Part shown: positions 63,395-64,000 of the stretch, piece after piece
How positions within the stretch are numbered: position 1 is the stretch's first letter
Layout of the letters: every line of letters starts with the position of its first letter
Assembly: GCA_009914755.4 (NCBI GenBank)
Contig: CP086569.2
Span: 27,712,001-27,776,000, forward strand
DNA length: 64,000 nt
Origin: the human T2T-CHM13v2.0 reference genome, Homo sapiens
Direction: 5' to 3'
Program-made: the position numbers and the translations under genes
The notes under the pieces: generated by a model
Seen by the model: the letters and a program-made list of their open reading frames with translations, nothing else
What the model was told of the DNA's origin: nothing
Databases searched by the model: none

Positions 63395-64000
63395 TCACAT
63401 CGTTTCGACTGACATTGAATAAAATCAAAAGAAATGCGTTGAAGTGGAGTGGAGTGGAATGAAATGGGGTGGAATGGAATTGAATGGAGTTGATTGCAGT
63501 GGAGTCGACTGGAGTGGAACGGAATGGAATGGGAAGGAATGGAATTAAATGGAGTGGAGCGCAGTACAGTGAAATGGAGTGGAATGGTATGGAATGGAAT
63601 GGAATGGAATTGCATAGAATAGAATCGAATTGAATCTAATGTAACTGAACGGAAAAAATGGAAATGAATAGAATCAAAAACAATGGATTCGACTGGCATC
63701 TAATAGAATGAAATGGAATGCGGTGAGGTGGAGTGGATTGTAATGGAGTTGAATGGAATGGGGTGTAATTGAATTGAATGGAGTGGAGTGGAGTGAACTG
63801 GAGTGGAATGGAATGGAATGGGCAGGCATGGAATTGAAAGGCGTGGAGTGGTGTGGAATTGAGAGGAGTGGAATGGAGTAGGGTGGATTGTAGTGGAGAA
63901 TATTGGAAAAGAGTGGAGTGGAATGGAATGGAATGGAGTGGAGTGGAATGGAATGGAATTGAGTGAAGTGGAGTGTAGTGGAATGGAGAGTAATGGAGTG
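63395..64000 (+). repeat. Partial HOR copy (5' ~0.6 kb), truncated by the window end
   Basis: Sub-block f restart 'aatggaatgcggtgaggtggagtgg' at ~63713, followed by sequence matching 1967-2270. Confidence 0.6.

Larger units (their letters stand above)
1..64000 (+). repeat. Uninterrupted (GGAAT)n-based satellite array, human satellite 3-like (HSat2/3 family) pericentromeric heterochromatin. + strand is the purine-rich GGAAT strand, - strand is (ATTCC)n.
   Basis: Seen directly: ggaat/ggagt/gaatc pentamers dominate the entire window and the + strand is nearly devoid of C. The six-frame ORFs are periodic low-complexity peptides (MEWNGMEWNG..., IPFHSIPFHS...) overlapping on both strands. There is no 171-bp periodicity, so this is not alpha satellite. 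Subfamily and chromosome assignment is not possible from the sequence alone. Confidence 0.93.

Noticed and set aside
62300-63400. Deletion or foreign insertion at 62.3-63.4 kb suggested by the shortened unit T
   Set aside because: Close reading shows all sub-block junction motifs are present in the expected order, only shortened and diverged. It is a compacted old HOR variant, not foreign sequence.
1-64000. CRISPR array or other prokaryotic repeat-spacer structure
   Set aside because: The repeats are contiguous pentamers with no unique spacers of regular length. Composition and organisation are those of eukaryotic pericentromeric satellite.
1-64000. Alpha-satellite / CENP-B-box-containing centromeric core
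   Set aside because: No ~171-bp periodicity and no CENP-B box (nTTCGnnnnAnnCGGGn) seen. The basic period is 5 bp with a 3.1-kb HOR, i.e. the HSat2/3 family rather than alpha satellite.
1-64000. Canonical heat-shock elements (HSF1) or EWS-FLI-type GGAA microsatellite enhancers
   Set aside because: GAA units here are in direct orientation every 5 bp (nGAAnnGAAn), not the alternating inverted nGAAnnTTCn of a canonical HSE. The unit is GGAAT, not the GGAA tetramer. Any factor binding is literature-based inference and not supported by motif structure in this sequence.
1-64000. Telomeric or subtelomeric repeats
   Set aside because: No TTAGGG/CCCTAA tracts are present.

Overview
The whole 64-kb window is one uninterrupted tandem satellite array built on the pentamer GGAAT, with GGAGT and GAATC/GAATCGAAT variants. 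This is classical human-satellite-3-like (HSat2/3 family) pericentromeric heterochromatin. The + strand is the purine-rich, almost C-free GGAAT strand. I can support no protein-coding gene, RNA gene, transposon, CRISPR array or defence/operon-like system. Every ORF in the six-frame track is an artefact of translating a stop-poor pentameric repeat: periodic MEWNG/VEWSG peptides on + and IPFHS/TPLHS peptides on -, tiling the same DNA on both strands. The supportable content is repeat architecture, at four levels.
(1) The pentamer.
(2) Eight paralogous sub-blocks of 290-545 bp. Each restarts with ATG[C/T][G/A]GTGA[A/G]GTGG and decays from GGAGT-rich to A-rich GAATCGAAT-like sequence.
(3) A ~3.1-kb higher-order repeat (HOR): 20 complete and 2 partial copies, period 3092-3171 bp, phased by a unique C-containing landmark.
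(4) Nested recent duplications. A ~18.66-kb (6-HOR) tandem duplication maps ~11.2-29.9 kb onto ~29.9-54.8 kb. Its second copy carries one extra whole-HOR duplication and one demonstrably chimeric HOR at 48.3-51.4 kb. These are textbook signatures of unequal crossing-over.
The last ~9 kb (54.7-64 kb) is a more diverged HOR subtype with length variants, so the window spans a boundary between a homogenised and a diverged array domain. All comparisons were made by eye from the sequence and from identity of translated ORF strings. Exact identities and breakpoints need a self-alignment or dot-plot.
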